From Leucoraja erinacea (taxonomy: Eukaryota): a stretch of 64,000 bases of DNA. Shown here piece by piece: positions 60,489-64,000 of the stretch. The DNA lies in NCBI RefSeq assembly GCF_028641065.1, contig NC_073404.1, positions 3,844,001-3,908,000 on the forward strand, given 5' to 3'. Made by a program: the position numbers and the translations under genes. The stretch's first letter is position 1; each line of letters starts with the position of its first letter. The notes under the pieces were generated by a model. The model was given only the letters and a program-made list of their open reading frames with translations. It made no database searches and had not been told where the DNA came from.

Positions 60489-62733
60489 CTGGGCAAATAT
60501 AAGCAAACGTTTGTGAGTTTGGTTTCCCGCTTTCAATGCATTTGTGCGTAGCTGCGGGTACACTTGGCACAGTGTGCCCAGTGTCTGTCGGGTACCCAGC
60601 CGGACAGTATCAGCACTAGAGCGCCTGGTCCCAATACCCCACCCAACACTCAACCCTTCCCTCCTTCAGGCATCACGTTTAACGTGAGACGGGCAAGATT
60701 TAATGGGAAGATTGTTGTCGGGAACTTTGGGAATGATAGGGACGTTGAGTAGGTTACAGTGTGGTTAACCCTGCAGTTAGGGTGGCCAACTTGCTCACTC
60801 CCAAATAAGGGACAAAAGGTCAAAATATGGGGCAAATGCCCGATGGCGATTTGTTGACCGACTTGGCCGTGGCTGGGTGAATGATGAGTAGGCCCGGGTG
60901 CTGGACTGCACACAAAGCCCAGCCGGCGGGCCAGCTGAGGAGTTATGGCCCGCGTGACGTCGTGCACAAATTCCGGCGCCCCATCCAACCCGTGAACCGA
61001 TGATCGGCCATGAGAAGGAGGGGTGGTGGTGTCGGTGGTAAGCGAAGGTCGAACATCTTACCACCGAGGGGGGGGAGTCCTTTGCAGTTCGGTCTAGGTT
61101 CTTATCTGTTGCAATCTTGAGAGCACAGCTGCCCTTTGTCACTGTGTTTAGCAGGCTAGTCTCCCGAAGGTTAACAGAGGGGGGGGGCTCCATTTGGCGA
61201 GTGGAGTGTGGACATTGATGGCGTCTACATGTTAGATATATGGGAGAGAGATTCTCCACAAAATAAGAAAGGTAAGATTAACATTGACTCTGGGGAAAGA
61301 CAAAGAAGGAAGGTGACAGAAACACTGATGGTTTGTTTCAACTCCACAAGTGTCCACTTGGACACGCTAGAGGCAGGAAACATGTTCCCGATGTTGGGGG
61401 AGTCCAGAACCAGGGGCCACAGTTTAAGAATAAGGAGTAAGCCATTTAGAACGGAGACGAGGAAACACTTTTTCTCACAGAGAGTTGTGAGTCTGCGGAA
61501 TTATCTGCCTCAGAGGGCGGTGGAGGCCAGGTTCTCTGGATGCTTTCAAGAGAGAGCTAGATAGGGCTCTTAAAGATAGCGGAGTCAGGGGATATGGGGA
61601 GAAGGCAGGAACGGGGTACTGATTGGGGATGATCAGCCATGATCGCATTGAATGGCGGAGCTGGCACGAAGGGCCAAATGGCCTACTCCTGCACCTATTG
61701 TCTATTGTCACTGAGTCCTGACCATATAAAAATACTACAGTTACTGCAGCTTATTGAATCAGTTTGGGCTTGCTCACACAGCTTCCCGATGTACATTGTA
61801 ACGCCTTTTAATAAGCCAACTGGTTCGATAGACTCGCCACTGATGTACGTGCTATTTGATTTTGTGTCTGGGTCTATCTGAGTAAAGCCAGATAGAGTAC
61901 AGGTAAAGTACAAAATATACCTCCTGCAAACCTGAAGGCCAACCCTTTCACACAGAGGGCAGACTAGAGGATCTGAGCTGGAGGGAAAGGGTGGACGGGC
62001 TTGGATATAACTCCTTGGAGCGCAGGCGGATGAGATGATCTTGTATAGGTGTGTAAGATCATGAGGTATATTGACAGGGTGAATGCCTCGGCTGAATAGT
62101 CTTTTGTCCAGAGTAGGGGAATCAAGAACTAGACAACACTGCTCAACTCTGCCTGTCCCGCCTGGTTAACCGACGGCCCTGGACTGACGGGACCGGCCCG
62201 GAGCAGTGGAGTTAGCGCTCCTTCTCCGCGTTGGCTGTAAGCCTGGGCCGCCACTGCTCCAGGCCGGTGCTCCATCAGTCCAGGGTCACCCCGGACATCT
62301 CCGACCGCCCCCAGACAGGGGTGGGACATTCGGGAGGGGACGGGGACGGTCCGGTAACAATTCAGCAGCGCTTGCAGCGCCGGAGACCCATCTTCGACCC
62401 TGACTGCGGATGAAACGCAGGTCTGTATACACGCAGCAGCACAGCTGCCGAGAATGTTTATCGCGAGTGACCTTTGACAAATCCCATGATTCCTTGCGGT
62501 TTTTGGAATACCGAACTTGCTTATACACTTGTACTGTATCTGAGATGCTCATCTAATATGTATCTAAGTGCTTACAGTATGTAAAGTGATACGTGTACTG
62601 AACTGGTTACGGAAATGGATTTCACGGTACCTCGGTACGCGAGGCAAATAAAGCACCAGATCCAAACCGTCTCTCATCCCACTGTTGTTCAATATCCAAA
62701 AAAGCTAACTGCGCATGAATTTGGCGATCTTAC

Positions 62734-62805
62734 CTTCTTGAAGAGCGCTGGGCTCGGTAACGGGGGCCCAAATCGGCGGACACCTTCACGAGCAGTGACC
62801 GAAAC
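62734..62805 (-). CDS. RAP1GAP2: Rap1 GTPase-activating protein 2, exon in the C-terminal part of the RapGAP domain
   Basis: cag acceptor and gtaag donor; 72 nt, phase 0-0. Encodes VSVTAREGVRRFGPPLPSPALFKK, matching the RapGAP VSVTAR..V..FGPPLP motif. Confidence 0.88.
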
Positions 62806-64000
62806 CTGCCGAGAGTTAAGGAAGTTAACACGAGTGTTGTCTGAATGAATCTACACCTACGTCAATGAGACGGTCCTCATCCAAACATCGGTCAGCTCAA
62901 CATCAACTCTGACCACAGCGGTGAAGAATGCAAAATATGGAAACCAACCAGAGAAGGAATTTACCAGTAAACAAACCTTGTGTGTTATCATAAGATCATA
63001 AGTGATAGGAGATGAATTAGGCCATTCGGCCCATCAAGTCTACTCCACCATTCAATTATAGCTGATAGCCCTCCTAACCCCATTCTCCTGCCTTCTCCCC
63101 AGAACCTCTAACATCCGTACTAACCGAGAAGTTATAGGAGCAGAATTAGGCCATTCGGCCCATCAAGTCTGCTTTGCCATTCAATTATTGGCTGATCTAT
63201 CTCTCCCTCCTTACCACATTCTCCTGCCTTCTCCCCATAACCCCTGACACCCGTACTAATCAAGAACGTGTCAATCTCCGTTTTAAAAATACCCAATGAC
63301 TTGGCCTCCACAGCCTTCACAGCGACAATGAAATCCACAGATTCACCACCCTCCGGCTAAAGAAATACCTCCTCGTCTCCTTTCACTGCCACCACCTGTC
63401 ACCAGGTGGATGTGTTCACTGGCAGAATGGGACAATTTGGACCAAAGTCTGCCCGTTCCCATAGAGATGGGGGATTTCTCCCAGGATAAACGGTTAGTCA
63501 TTGAAGCCAGAGATTGGGAGAAATGTCTCTACTCCATTCTCGGCCAGAGTGGGATACCAGGCATGACTCAATCAATCAGTATCAATGGTGCCGAAGAGGA
63601 AATGATTGAGATCTTCAGGTTCTTGGTGATAATATTACCAACGACCTGTCGTGGGCCAATGGCACTGAAGCGACAGCTACACCAACAGAGGGCGCAGCTA
63701 CACCTCTACATCCTCAGGAGACTGCGGAAATTCGGCGTGTCTCTTACAGTGACTCTTTACAAACTTCTCCAGATGCTCCATAGAAAGCAGACTGTCGGGT
63801 TGCATCGCAGCTTGGTTTGGGAACAGCTCTGCCCAAGACCGCAAGAAATTGCAGAAAGTTAAAGATGTAAAGATGTCCATCGCACAGTCCAGACCCCCCA
63901 CCACTGACTCCATCTACCCTTCAGGCTGCCTCGATAAAGCTGCCAGCATAATCAAAGACTTGTTGCTATTTCTCCCCGCTCCGTCCTGTCGAAGATACAG

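Noticed and set aside
31810-62805. Assignment as RAP1GAP rather than RAP1GAP2
   Set aside because: RAIRVRSHSMETMV, ETSSNPSSPE and GSQPST.SPF.Q.VFVYS match RAP1GAP2 as I recall it, not RAP1GAP.

Overview
Repeat-dense vertebrate genomic DNA. The repeat set (HE1-like V-SINEs, HER1/CR1 LINEs, Penelope, Deu-domain SINE) points to a cartilaginous fish, probably a skate or ray; this is inference. There are three assembly gaps. Two genes lie tail-to-tail. (1) On +, the 3' six coding exons of a tapasin-family gene (54-14939). They encode part of the N-terminal domain, IgV, IgC1, a transmembrane segment, a 17-nt micro-exon and a terminal KKPY* ER-retrieval tail. (2) On -, nine consecutive C-terminal exons of RAP1GAP2 (62805 down to 31810), all with phase-consistent GT-AG junctions; the terminal exon is unresolved. 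The most notable findings: the tapasin-family protein mixes tapasin and TAPBPR features and sits in neither known human neighbourhood; skipping its micro-exon would replace the KKXX tail with an 88-aa open tail; a complete-ended but coding-dead DIRS1-type tyrosine-recombinase retroelement (34058-38870) has near-perfect ITR/ICR; and short palindromic Penelope-derived units carry their own target-site duplications and hammerhead-like cores. Comparisons with human proteins are from memory, not from a search. Repeat boundaries are approximate unless stated.
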